A stretch of DNA of 64,000 nt from an uncultured Gemmatimonadales bacterium. Its GTDB lineage: Bacteria; Gemmatimonadota; Glassbacteria; GWA2-58-10. Below, in pieces: positions 7,726 through 17,273 of this stretch. Each line of letters begins with the position of its first letter. The first letter of the stretch is position 1. The notes beneath the pieces are model-generated. The model was given only the letters and a program-made list of their open reading frames with translations. It was not told the DNA's origin and did no database searches. Made by a program: the position numbers and the translations under genes. The DNA lies in contig CAYYNT010000003.1 of assembly GCA_964473155.1 (NCBI GenBank), positions 69,839 through 133,838 on the forward strand, written 5' to 3'.

Positions 7726-10257
7726 ATGGAAAAACTGGATCACAAAGCATTAGAAGCCAAGTGGCAGGCCTGGTGGGAAGATAATAGCCTGCATCGCACC
7801 GATCTGTCCAACAATTCGCGCAAATGCTACACTCTGGTGATGTTTATCTATCCATCAGGTGACAAGCTACATATCGGCCACTGGTACAATTACGGGCCTA
7901 CCGACACATGGGCCAGATTCCGCCGCATGCAGGGCTGGAATATATTCGAGCCGATAGGCTACGATGCGTTCGGAATGCCGGCTGAAAACTACGCCATCAA
8001 ACATGGCGTCCATCCCTGGAATTCCACAAACGATAACATCAGCTTTATCCGCAGCCAGCTCAAAGCAATAGGAGCGATGTATGACTGGACGCGCGAGGTG
8101 AACACGAGCGCGCCGGAATACTACAAGTGGACCCAGTGGATATTCTTGCAGCTTTACAAAGCTGGACTGGCCTACCGGTCCAAGGCGCCGGTAAACTGGT
8201 GTCCGAGCTGCCAGACCGTGCTGGCCAACGAACAGGTGCTGCCCGATGGCGCCTGCGAGCGTTGCGAAACTCCGGTTACACGCAAGGACCTGGTCCAATG
8301 GTTTTTCGGGATAACCCGCTATGCCGATCGCCTTCTGGCCGGTCTGGATGGTATCGACTGGCCGGAAAAAACGAAGACCATGCAGCGTAACTGGATTGGC
8401 CGCAGCGAAGGCGCCGAGATCACTTTCAGTTTTGCACCCGGCACACCAGGGGCAGACAGCCTGACCGAAAACGAACTGCGCTTCAAGGTGTTTACCACAA
8501 GGCCGGATACACTGTTCGGTGTGACATATGTGGTAATGGCACCTGAGCATCCTCTGGTTGAGAGGATAACTACTCCTGAGCGCCGTGAAGAGGTTGCGCG
8601 CTATATCGAACTGGCGCGCAGCCAGAACGAAATTCAGCGCACGAGCACGGTTAAGGAAAAAACTGGAGTATTCACCGGAGCTTACGCGGTCAATCCGGCC
8701 AACGGGGAGAAAGTGCCGGTATGGATAGCGGATTATGTCCTGGCCTCATATGGCACGGGAATCGTTATGGCTGTGCCGGCGCACGACGAAAGGGACTTTG
8801 AATTCGCATCGAGGATGAATCTGCCGGTGCGCGAGGTTATCGCTCCTCTATCCGGACCGTCCATCCGGCCGCTTGAGAGCGCGTATGTCGAGCCGGGAAC
8901 TATGATCAACTCCGCTGAGTTCAACGGGCGTGAATCGCGAGCGGGGGGACGGGCGCTGGTTGAAAAACTTAAGTCCGCCGGGCAGGCCGATTTCAGGATC
9001 AATTATAAGCTGCGAGACTGGCTGATCAGCCGTCAGCGCTACTGGGGCGTGCCCATCCCGATAGTCTACTGCGAGGAGCATGGCGAGGTCCCGATTCCCG
9101 AGGACCAGCTCCCGGTGCTTTTGCCTTACGAGGTCGATTTCAAGAAGGCGGTCAAAGGTGTCAGCCCGCTGGCCACGAATGACGGATTTGTCAACGCTGT
9201 CTGTCCGATATGCGGCAAACCGGCGCGCCGCGAGATCGATACGATGGATACGTTCGTGGACTCCTCCTGGTATTTCCTTCGTTACCCGGACCCGTCGGAC
9301 AGCAGCCAACCGTTCAATAAGGAACTGGTCTCCAGGTGGCTGCCCGTGGACCATTATGTGGGTGGCGCCGAACACGCGGTCATGCATCTTCTTTATGCGC
9401 GGTTCGTGACCAAGGTGTTGCACGATCTCGGCCATATCACATTCGAGGAGCCTTTTACGCGTCTCAGCCATCAGGGAACGATCACCAACCAGGGCGCCAA
9501 GATGAGCAAGAGCCGCGGCAACGTGATTAATCCCGAGGTTTTCCTCGATCGTTATGGGGCGGACACATTCCGCTGCTATCTGATGTTCATGGGAGATTAT
9601 TCCCTGGGCGGAGACTGGGACGATACAGGCATACAGGGCATGTCACGGTTCATCAACCGCGTCTGGCGTCTTGTCCAGTTCAATTCAAGCCGGCTGACCG
9701 GCGTGGCCCCGTCGAGGACAACCATCCAGGATATGGCCAGCCTTAACAGCGTCGAGCATGAAATACTGCGCGTGATGCATAATTCTATCCGTGGCGCGAG
9801 TGAGGACCTCGAGCGGATGCATTTCAACACCGCTCTCAGCCGCATCATGGAACTTGTCAACGTTCTGGTGCCTTATGCCGGAGAAGATGCCGGCAACAAT
9901 CAGTTCAATCCGGGTTTGCTTGCAGAGTCCCTGGATGTGCTGGTTAAGCTTCTTGCACCGTTCGCTCCGCACATCTGCGAGGAACTCTGGCAATCTGCTC
10001 TCGGCCGTCAGGGAAGTGTTTTCCAGAGTTCCTGGCCTGGCTGGGACAAAGATATCCTTAAAGAAGATGTCGTTACGGTGGTGGTGCAGGTTAACGGCAA
10101 GCTGAGATCGCATTTAGAAGCTCCGCGAGGTCTGCCGGAAGATAAAGTCAGGGAGATTGCGCTGAAGGACGAAAAAGTGGCTCGTTATATGGAGAATGTC
10201 ACTATCAGAAAAATAATCTATGTGCAGGACAAGCTGATCAATTTTGTCGCAAGCTGA
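7726..10257 (+). CDS. leuS: leucine--tRNA ligase
   Basis: 843 aa with class I HIGH (LHIGH) and KMSKS motifs and the LeuS editing domain. RBS GGAAGGTG. Confidence 0.97.
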   Translation: MEKLDHKALEAKWQAWWEDNSLHRTDLSNNSRKCYTLVMFIYPSGDKLHIGHWYNYGPTDTWARFRRMQGWNIFEPIGYDAFGMPAENYAIKHGVHPWNSTNDNISFIRSQLKAIGAMYDWTREVNTSAPEYYKWTQWIFLQLYKAGLAYRSKAPVNWCPSCQTVLANEQVLPDGACERCETPVTRKDLVQWFFGITRYADRLLAGLDGIDWPEKTKTMQRNWIGRSEGAEITFSFAPGTPGADSLTENELRFKVFTTRPDTLFGVTYVVMAPEHPLVERITTPERREEVARYIELARSQNEIQRTSTVKEKTGVFTGAYAVNPANGEKVPVWIADYVLASYGTGIVMAVPAHDERDFEFASRMNLPVREVIAPLSGPSIRPLESAYVEPGTMINSAEFNGRESRAGGRALVEKLKSAGQADFRINYKLRDWLISRQRYWGVPIPIVYCEEHGEVPIPEDQLPVLLPYEVDFKKAVKGVSPLATNDGFVNAVCPICGKPARREIDTMDTFVDSSWYFLRYPDPSDSSQPFNKELVSRWLPVDHYVGGAEHAVMHLLYARFVTKVLHDLGHITFEEPFTRLSHQGTITNQGAKMSKSRGNVINPEVFLDRYGADTFRCYLMFMGDYSLGGDWDDTGIQGMSRFINRVWRLVQFNSSRLTGVAPSRTTIQDMASLNSVEHEILRVMHNSIRGASEDLERMHFNTALSRIMELVNVLVPYAGEDAGNNQFNPGLLAESLDVLVKLLAPFAPHICEELWQSALGRQGSVFQSSWPGWDKDILKEDVVTVVVQVNGKLRSHLEAPRGLPEDKVREIALKDEKVARYMENVTIRKIIYVQDKLINFVAS

Positions 10258-10283
10258 ATCCCGGCAGACATTAACAGAGACAA

Positions 10284-10321
10284 AACCGGCGAGACTGTTC
10301 AGTTCTCGCCGGTTTCTTTTA
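10284..10321 (+). terminator. rho-independent terminator of leuS
   Basis: AACCGGCGAGA-ctgttcagt-TCTCGCCGGTT followed by TCTTTTA. Confidence 0.7.
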
Positions 10322-10461
10322 TCTCATGGAGCAGAAGCGTGTTAGCGATATAAAAGGAAGACCGCAAAATAATTACATGTCACATAAGATATATTATGTA
10401 AACTTGTCTCTTTGTTTTCTGTCTCGGCTTTCAAATGCTCTCTCTCCCGGCCCCGGCGATT

Positions 10462-10500
10462 AAAAAGCCCTACCGGAGAATCAATCCTCCCCGGCAGGGC
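10462..10500 (-). terminator. rho-independent terminator of the zinc-ribbon membrane protein gene
   Basis: GCCCTGCCGG...CCGGTAGGGC hairpin with one mismatch, followed on the minus strand by TTTTT. Confidence 0.55.
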
Positions 10501-10526
10501 TGCAATGAATACGTTCAAATTTCTTT

Positions 10527-11120
10527 TCAATATCTGTTGCTCGAATACCGGTTTCTGACCACGACGAGCAAAAAGGCAGCAATTCCCAGAGTTATTATTA
10601 TCAGGCCGGCCTGCATATAGAACTCTGAAGATATGTTTTTGGCGAGAAACATTATGTAAGCCGTGGTCAAAATGAGTATCCCGCTCACCACGATAAAGGT
10701 TGCCAGGATTTTGCCTTTTTCCTGACGTTGATAACTCAGGCAGAAATTGCATCTAACCGCGCGGGCATCTATTTCCTCGCCGCAGAAGCAGCACCTTTTC
10801 ATCCCCTCCGACACCGGGACCTTCTCAATCTCTGTTTGTTCGCCACGCTTATTGAACCAGGATAAAAAGGTCCCGATACCATAGACCATGAAGCCTAAAT
10901 ATGCCAGAATGATACCACTGCGCATCAGGGTAATAGTTGTCTGGTTGAAATTGGACAGATACCAGATATAGCTTGCAGCCCCAACCATTATCCCGCAAAG
11001 CATCATGCCTGTCCCCCAGAACTGTCCCTCGTTGATTTTGGGCCGGATATAAGACATGCACCGGGGACATTTGATCGCGTGATCGTTGATCTGCGAATAA
11101 CAAACAGGACATTCTTTCAT
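10527..11120 (-). CDS. membrane protein with two zinc-ribbon modules and four predicted TM helices (internal duplication)
   Basis: CPVC...KCPRC then 2 TM, then CCFCGEE...RCNFC then 2 TM. Lower GC. Located 42 nt downstream of the MotB-like gene. Confidence 0.6.
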   Translation of the reverse strand: MKECPVCYSQINDHAIKCPRCMSYIRPKINEGQFWGTGMMLCGIMVGAASYIWYLSNFNQTTITLMRSGIILAYLGFMVYGIGTFLSWFNKRGEQTEIEKVPVSEGMKRCCFCGEEIDARAVRCNFCLSYQRQEKGKILATFIVVSGILILTTAYIMFLAKNISSEFYMQAGLIIITLGIAAFLLVVVRNRYSSNRY

Positions 11121-11162
11121 ATTCGCTCCGCAGATGGCAGTGGATGGTGCATGGCTTAAAAA

Positions 11163-11873
11163 CTACATCAGAGGATCCTGTGTAATCGCATATTCTATAA
11201 AAATTTCTATTCTTCTGTTTTTCTGGCGGTTTGCCTCGGAGTCGTTCGGGTAAGCAGGACGGTACTCACCATAGGATACGATTGAGAATCTCTTCGGGTC
11301 AAGTTTCGCATAGTTCATGCCGAACCTGGCTACGTTGCGGGCACGGGCATAAGCGAGCTCCCAGTTGGAACTGTACACGCTGTTGCTGATCACCGTATCA
11401 TCGGTGTGGCCGCATACCCGGATAGTGTTTTCCCAGTCCTTTGCCAGTTCGAATATTTTGGCCAGGTATGGCATCCCCTGCGGACGAATCTCGGCGCTGC
11501 CCGGCTCGAAAAGAATGGGAGTCAGAATACGGACTGCAATGCCCTGGCTTGTAATAACTACATTCAGACCGTTCTGCTGCCCCTGAGTCTCGGCGAAATC
11601 CTGCAATGCAGTGACAGCCATGGAAAGTTCGCCGATATTGACGTCACTAACTTTCCATACGATAGCTTCTTTCATCCCGAGCGTCACAGCATTTTCGGTC
11701 AGAACGCCAAGAGAACCCTTTAACGAACCGGTGGCTTTGTTGAATTCGTTGGGGTCCGTGGAGGACATCGATACAATCAGGACGAAGAAACACAAAAGGA
11801 GCGACATCAGGTCACTGTAAGTACAGAGCCAGGGCGGCGCCCCTTCAGGACAGTTGCATTCATCCTTGGCCAT
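11163..11873 (-). CDS. MotB/OmpA-family protein (stator-type N-terminal TM with conserved Asp, C-terminal OmpA-like peptidoglycan-binding domain)
   Basis: PPWLCTYSDLMSLLLCFFVLIV resembles the MotB plug/TM with Asp in YSDLM. C-terminal NWELAYARARNVARF...NRRIEIF OmpA-like motif. No motA/exbB/tolQ-like gene in the window. Confidence 0.7.
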   Translation of the reverse strand: MAKDECNCPEGAPPWLCTYSDLMSLLLCFFVLIVSMSSTDPNEFNKATGSLKGSLGVLTENAVTLGMKEAIVWKVSDVNIGELSMAVTALQDFAETQGQQNGLNVVITSQGIAVRILTPILFEPGSAEIRPQGMPYLAKIFELAKDWENTIRVCGHTDDTVISNSVYSSNWELAYARARNVARFGMNYAKLDPKRFSIVSYGEYRPAYPNDSEANRQKNRRIEIFIEYAITQDPLM

Positions 11874-12152
11874 GGCCGTTGTCCGGTTTAATTATGATCT
11901 AATAAAAAAAGATTCTGAAAAGGATAGTTATCATTTTTAGCAAAAAGTGTGCTACTCTCCAGCTTTTTTCAACCGTATGGGGAGAAAATCGTATTCTTCC
12001 CCTGGTTTGATGATCTGAACTAATATCGTCAGTCGCCTCGTCACTCTGTAACTTATTTATACTTTATCAGTACCAGTCCCGTTTGTCAATAAACCGTGGC
12101 ATGGCGCTTGCCAATTTATCTTCCTGATTCTATATTGAAAGACAAAACTGGA

Positions 12153-12794
12153 ATGGAAGGGCTCATGCCGAACATTCTTATAATTTCAGGCATATTCATC
12201 GTGCTAATTTTCATTATCGCGGTGTTTATTGGCCAGCAATTAAGCAACGTCGAAAAAATGAACCTCAGCCGCAAGCCCAAGACGCTGAGTGATAAATTGC
12301 GTGAAAGCGGCATGGCTCCCCTTGAGACTGAAAGATTCCGCGAGATCGTAATGGCAGGCGGCAATCAGGAAGTTGAACCGCTGACGGAGAATACATTCCC
12401 CGGCGCTTCAGTTGCCGAGTCTCCGGACGACATAGCTTTCCGGAATTATGAACTGACCGGCCACCACGTAAATATCGAAGGCAAAGACTTGCAGACAATC
12501 TATTCAGAATATCTCTCCGCAAAAAATCTCAATCCATTCGATATAGAACCGGAATTCACTCTCGGCATAGCTTACATGCGTTTCGCGCAGTATGATAAGG
12601 CTCAGAGTCAGTTCAAAAAAATTGTTGACTCCAAGCCGGAGTACCCGGGTATATTTTATTATCTTGGAGAATCATTGCGCTGTAACGGTCAATATTACGA
12701 GGCCATGAACGCCTACAAGAAATCGTGGGAAATGGATAAAAAAAACAACACGCGCAATGCTGATAATAGAAACCGCCAGGAATTTTTAAGCTGA
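12153..12794 (+). CDS. membrane-anchored TPR-like protein
   Basis: N-terminal TM (ILIISGIFIVLIFIIAVFIG) and C-terminal TPR-like helices (AYMRFAQYDKAQSQFKK..., YYEAMNAYKKS). ATG at 12153 or 12165; GTG at 12096 is less likely. Confidence 0.5.
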   Translation: MEGLMPNILIISGIFIVLIFIIAVFIGQQLSNVEKMNLSRKPKTLSDKLRESGMAPLETERFREIVMAGGNQEVEPLTENTFPGASVAESPDDIAFRNYELTGHHVNIEGKDLQTIYSEYLSAKNLNPFDIEPEFTLGIAYMRFAQYDKAQSQFKKIVDSKPEYPGIFYYLGESLRCNGQYYEAMNAYKKSWEMDKKNNTRNADNRNRQEFLS

Positions 12795-12847
12795 ATGCTT
12801 CAAAATGCATTTAATAAGTTCAGGTTGGGCCGGGAAAGGATAAATGG

Positions 12848-13558
12848 ATGAATACAAATAAGGAAACTATTTCCTGTTTTAAGACAGTGGTGGTTCTTTC
12901 TGCAGCCCTTTTTTCGTGCGGAGCGTTATTGGCTCAGGCCGGTCCGAAAATCGAAGCATCAGAGAGTCAATACAGTTTCGGTTCCGTATATCAGGGAACT
13001 GTTGTAAAGCATGTCTTCACTCTGCGAAACGCAGGCAAGGACACGCTCCAAATAGAAAATGTGCGCTCCAGTTGTGGTTGCACAGTTGCCATGGTCGATA
13101 AGAAAAACGTTGCACCTGGAGAAAGCACTCTCGTCGAGGCCAGTTTCAATTCGGATCGTTTTGCAGGGCATGTCAGCAAGGACATTTACGTGCAGTCAAA
13201 TGACCCTGCACAGCCGGTGACAAAGCTATCTCTTACGGGGGAAGTAAAGGTCGATCTCAGCATTTCGCCCGGTACAATTTACTTTTCCGGATTGAAAGAG
13301 GGCGCGCAGGTTACTCGCAAGCTCGCTCTGATAAATACTTCGGAGAATACTATTTCAATCCACGAAATATCCTCGACTGTTCCCGATCTGCGGTTCGAAC
13401 TACCCAAGCTTAAGCTCAAACCGGGCGAAAGAACTGAATTGTCTCTGATAGTGGACAAGGTGACCCGTGACACCAGGCTTACGGGCAACCTGACGATTCA
13501 TATCTCCGGCCCGCAGAAAGAAGTCAATGTCAGGTTGTTCGGCGGATCAATCAACTGA
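12848..13558 (+). CDS. DUF1573-family secreted protein
   Basis: Signal peptide; FTLRNAGKDTLQIENVRSSCGCTVA matches the DUF1573 hallmark (SCGCT). Confidence 0.7.
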   Translation: MNTNKETISCFKTVVVLSAALFSCGALLAQAGPKIEASESQYSFGSVYQGTVVKHVFTLRNAGKDTLQIENVRSSCGCTVAMVDKKNVAPGESTLVEASFNSDRFAGHVSKDIYVQSNDPAQPVTKLSLTGEVKVDLSISPGTIYFSGLKEGAQVTRKLALINTSENTISIHEISSTVPDLRFELPKLKLKPGERTELSLIVDKVTRDTRLTGNLTIHISGPQKEVNVRLFGGSIN

Positions 13559-13577
13559 GATATGATATAACAGTCAA

Positions 13578-13622
13578 GGGCGGGCAGACCTTAGCCGGTC
13601 AGCCCGCCCTTTCTTTTATTTT
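13578..13622. terminator. bidirectional rho-independent terminator between convergent genes
   Basis: AGGGCGGGC-loop-GCCCGCCCT, flanked by an A/T tract on both sides. Confidence 0.65.
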
Positions 13623-13643
13623 TGAACTATCTGCTGCACGAGA

Positions 13644-16600
13644 TTATTGCTTCTGCTCTTTGTCCTTCTCAACGTTCAGACGCTCGAAATATTTGCGAAT
13701 AAGGATGTTATAGCTTTCCGGGTAAGTTCCACTCCATTTTTCGAAGAGAGATTCGATCTCGCCTTTTTTCAGGGCCGGGTCCAGAATATCCTTTGGCAAC
13801 GCTGCCGGAGTGACTGCGTTGTATGAGCGCGCAGTTTCGCTTTTTCTCTCGTTATCACCGCTTTCGTTTTTCTTCATCGCACGCTGCGCGCTGAGCATCC
13901 GATCAAGAAGACGCTGCTGCCGTTCAAGGGTTTCGGGGCGCACTCCTTTTTGCAGCATTTCCTGAACAAGATCGTGAGCCTCTTTGTTCATTCCCTCAAG
14001 CGCATCTTTAAGACGGCCGGTTTCACTCGATTGTCCGGCCTGTTCGGCCATACGGGCAAGCTGTTCCTGGATTGCTTTCTGTTCGGCAGCCATCTGACGC
14101 AACATCTCCTGGATCCCCCCAGCCGCCGCCCTTGGAGATGGAAGTCCGGGACCTTCGCCTTGACCGTTCGAGCTCTGCTGACGCGCTTTCCTGTTAAGAT
14201 CTTCCTGATGGCGTGAGAGTTGCTCAAGTTTCTTCAGCATCTGATCCATTCCCACGCCGCTGCCGGATTGCATCATGTTGTCACGGTCTTCAATCAGGCT
14301 GAGCATGCCGGCGTTGATTGCGGCAAGAGCGCCGGACGATGAAAGAAACACCTCCTCCTGGTTACGCTGGTCAGCCGAAAGCTTGTCTACTGTTCCCTCG
14401 CTTCTTGCAACCGCCGCATCCAGTATATCCAGCAACCTTATGCTGATAAAGAAATTGTCTCTTGCCGCGGCGACGATGCCGGACATTACTTTATTCAAGC
14501 CCTCCGAGATTTCCTGCTGAAGGGCAGCCAGCTTGAGAACGTCCGGATGGTTGATATCTGTTTCAACTCGCACCGCTTCTGACAGCTCTTCCTGACGGCG
14601 GGACAGGAAATCCAGATTATCGAAGGCCCTGAGCATCGCCTCGGAGACCTGTTCCCGCCACTTTTTTTTCAGCTCCAGGCTGTAACTTTTCATTTTCCTG
14701 TGGACATTCTCCATTCTGTCGCCCACTTCGCGCTGTCTGCCGACGGCTTTATCGGGACGGGATCCGGACATGTCCCTGCCAATCTCGGAAAAAGCGTTTT
14801 TGAAGAAATCGCGGTCCGGGGAGTTCGACTCTTTCTTCAGACTGTCGGCGAGTTCTTTTTCTCCGGCTTTGTCTAAATTGTTCGCCGCGGACTCCATCCG
14901 CTCGAAGACCTCCGCCGTCATCTCTCTCATCTGTTCATTGGCCTCGCCGGGTTCTTTTCCGGCGAGTTCCATTTCCAGTAAAGATTCTCCCCGCTCTCCA
15001 TTTTCAGACGGCTGTCGCTCCCCCGTCATACTCTCCCCTTCCCCGGAGGGAGATATACTGTCCACCGGGCTTTCCTGCCGAGAGTCCCCTGGACGCGAAT
15101 CAGCTTTTGCTGAATCTGCCTGCTCTATTTGAGCTTGCTTAGCGGAAGAATTTTCATCAGCGCTGTCAGCCAGCATCCGCGCCGCCTCGGCCAACTCACG
15201 GGTCCGGTTGACCAGGAAATCCATCTGTTGCTCGAGCTTGACTTTTTCAAGGACGCTGATTGTCTTGTCGAGTTTATCAAGGAGCTTTTCCTGAGAGTAT
15301 TCCAGCTTGTTCATCTGCTCATTCAGGCTCTTGCGGTCAATCTGTTCGAGTGAACTGTTGATTTTGGAGAGCAGTTCTTTTATCTCATCCGTGGATATTT
15401 CTTCCATCAGTTTCTGCACACGCGAAAGCTTTTCGAGAAGTTCAGGCGAACTCGATTCAGCGCGCTGCAGCCGTTCGATGCTCTCCTTCATCTGACCGGC
15501 CAGCTTCCCAACCTGTTCGGTAATCTGTTTCTGACGTTCCAGGGCCTGGCCCAGACGCTGTTTTTCCTGCCAGTCCATTTCTTTTCCACGTTCCAGCGCC
15601 TCCTGCATCTTCTTGACCTGTTCAAGCGTTTTCTGCCCTTCCTGCCCCAGGTTCTGCAACCGCGAGGCTATCTGTTCCTGCTGCTTTTCACTCTGTTTGA
15701 AAATTTCCTGCATTGAGGGGAAACGCAGACGGTTTTCCGCTGTCGATGCGGCTTTGGGACCGCTGACACGGTCGTTGTCAAGGACCGTAAGACGGTAAAT
15801 GATTGATTCTCCCGGAAGAAGCCGCAGTGCGCTCAAATCCCAGTTATATTGCTCCAGAATATGATCATCGCCTAACGAACCGGACGGCAACAGCAGACTT
15901 TGCTCACTCTCCAGCCTTCCGCCCGCTTTTTCTTTTCTGAAACTCAAGATCACCCGGCTTACTCCGAAATCATCCGCCGCCTCGTACATCAGCGGCTGTA
16001 TCATTTCCTCTCCCAAAGTATAATCAGATTCTGGATAGATCAGCATAACGCGTGGAAGTTCGTCCGGGACAACGATAATCGGATAAGAAAGTGTGTCCCT
16101 GTTGATCAAACCCCAGCGATCGTCAAGCCGAAAACTGTAGCGCGTATCGGCAACCAGATTCAACGTGTCGACAAATTCTCGTTCTCCGCTTAGAGCCAGA
16201 TTACGCATTTCACCGCTTTCAAACCGCAGTTTTGCATGGTTCAGAGGATTGCTTGCTTTTCCATACAGGATCACCCGTGTGCCTCGCAACGCACTTATCG
16301 ACCGGTCACGCGTTGTTTCCCAAGGCGATAGAGCTGAATATTGCGGGTATTCATAGCGCAACCTCAGGTCAGTGACGAAAGGATTGCTGATTACTTTCAC
16401 TTTGAACGTATCGCTGACCGCATTCCATTGTGATACAACATAACTGAGGTCATTCTCTACTGTTCCCAGATCGAGACGGTATTCATACTGGTCACGCCAA
16501 TATTGCATTGTCAGGCTTCGGCTGACCTGCCCGGTCTGCCAGGACTCAAAACGCACAGGCTCGGGGCGGCGCATCGAACCGGCTACCCGCACACAGAGTG

Positions 16601-17267
16601 AATCTCCCCGCATGAGCGTTACGTTGCCGGGACGGACAAAAAGCCTGAAATCCCTTTCCTTCTGGATGAGTCCCATTGGATCGCTCCAGTTCTGCAACAC
16701 CTGCCGCATCATCATGGGATCATAAAGACCAAACGCCAGACAGAGTGTGCCAATCACGATCACTGTCAGGCGACGGCGGCGGGTGCGGTCTGCCTGTAAT
16801 GCCTTGAGTCCCTCGAGAATCATCCGTCGAGAGGTCGGCTCTTTTACAGCCGAGGCTGTGCTTTCAAGAGCCGCCGAGACAAGTTCATTTGAATAAAGCG
16901 TTCCGGATTGGAATGTGCATTGCAGGAATTCAAGAGCGGATTCAAGTCCGTTTCTCAGGCCGGGGGCAACCAGATCGCAACGCCTGGCGACAGAGGAAAG
17001 TCTGCCGTATTTCTTCCAGGCGTTCCAGATGCCGCGCCCGGCAATGGCAACGAAAACAGCAATAAGGGATACGATCAGTGCAAGCCGCCAGAGTCCGGGG
17101 AGCCAAAACAGGCTCTCCAGCATTCCAAACAGAAGCAATGCCGCCCCCGAAACACCTGCCAGGCGCAGCAGAATGGCGATCATCTCAGCGCGAACGAGGC
17201 CTGAGCGGATTTCTTTCAAAGCTTGGTTGATGATCTGCGCGGAATATGTTTTGTCGGATTGAGCCAC
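13644..17267 (-). CDS. large membrane-anchored protein with an acidic coiled-coil C-terminal half; DUF4175-like architecture
   Basis: GTG start. Two N-terminal TM helices, a central region of about 400 aa, then about 600 aa of low-complexity Q/E/K-rich coiled coil. The family name is recalled, not verified. Confidence 0.5.
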   Translation of the reverse strand: MAQSDKTYSAQIINQALKEIRSGLVRAEMIAILLRLAGVSGAALLLFGMLESLFWLPGLWRLALIVSLIAVFVAIAGRGIWNAWKKYGRLSSVARRCDLVAPGLRNGLESALEFLQCTFQSGTLYSNELVSAALESTASAVKEPTSRRMILEGLKALQADRTRRRRLTVIVIGTLCLAFGLYDPMMMRQVLQNWSDPMGLIQKERDFRLFVRPGNVTLMRGDSLCVRVAGSMRRPEPVRFESWQTGQVSRSLTMQYWRDQYEYRLDLGTVENDLSYVVSQWNAVSDTFKVKVISNPFVTDLRLRYEYPQYSALSPWETTRDRSISALRGTRVILYGKASNPLNHAKLRFESGEMRNLALSGEREFVDTLNLVADTRYSFRLDDRWGLINRDTLSYPIIVVPDELPRVMLIYPESDYTLGEEMIQPLMYEAADDFGVSRVILSFRKEKAGGRLESEQSLLLPSGSLGDDHILEQYNWDLSALRLLPGESIIYRLTVLDNDRVSGPKAASTAENRLRFPSMQEIFKQSEKQQEQIASRLQNLGQEGQKTLEQVKKMQEALERGKEMDWQEKQRLGQALERQKQITEQVGKLAGQMKESIERLQRAESSSPELLEKLSRVQKLMEEISTDEIKELLSKINSSLEQIDRKSLNEQMNKLEYSQEKLLDKLDKTISVLEKVKLEQQMDFLVNRTRELAEAARMLADSADENSSAKQAQIEQADSAKADSRPGDSRQESPVDSISPSGEGESMTGERQPSENGERGESLLEMELAGKEPGEANEQMREMTAEVFERMESAANNLDKAGEKELADSLKKESNSPDRDFFKNAFSEIGRDMSGSRPDKAVGRQREVGDRMENVHRKMKSYSLELKKKWREQVSEAMLRAFDNLDFLSRRQEELSEAVRVETDINHPDVLKLAALQQEISEGLNKVMSGIVAAARDNFFISIRLLDILDAAVARSEGTVDKLSADQRNQEEVFLSSSGALAAINAGMLSLIEDRDNMMQSGSGVGMDQMLKKLEQLSRHQEDLNRKARQQSSNGQGEGPGLPSPRAAAGGIQEMLRQMAAEQKAIQEQLARMAEQAGQSSETGRLKDALEGMNKEAHDLVQEMLQKGVRPETLERQQRLLDRMLSAQRAMKKNESGDNERKSETARSYNAVTPAALPKDILDPALKKGEIESLFEKWSGTYPESYNILIRKYFERLNVEKDKEQKQ

Positions 17268-17273
17268 AATCTC

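Noticed and set aside
11874-12152. A motA-like or other stator-partner gene beside the MotB-like gene
   Set aside because: The upstream region is a divergent promoter with no ORF. The only adjacent same-strand gene is the zinc-ribbon membrane protein.
14275-16356. Multiple 60-120-aa plus-strand ORFs rich in Ser/Leu
   Set aside because: Antisense to the low-complexity coiled-coil region of the 1207-aa gene. They are artefacts of the repetitive composition.
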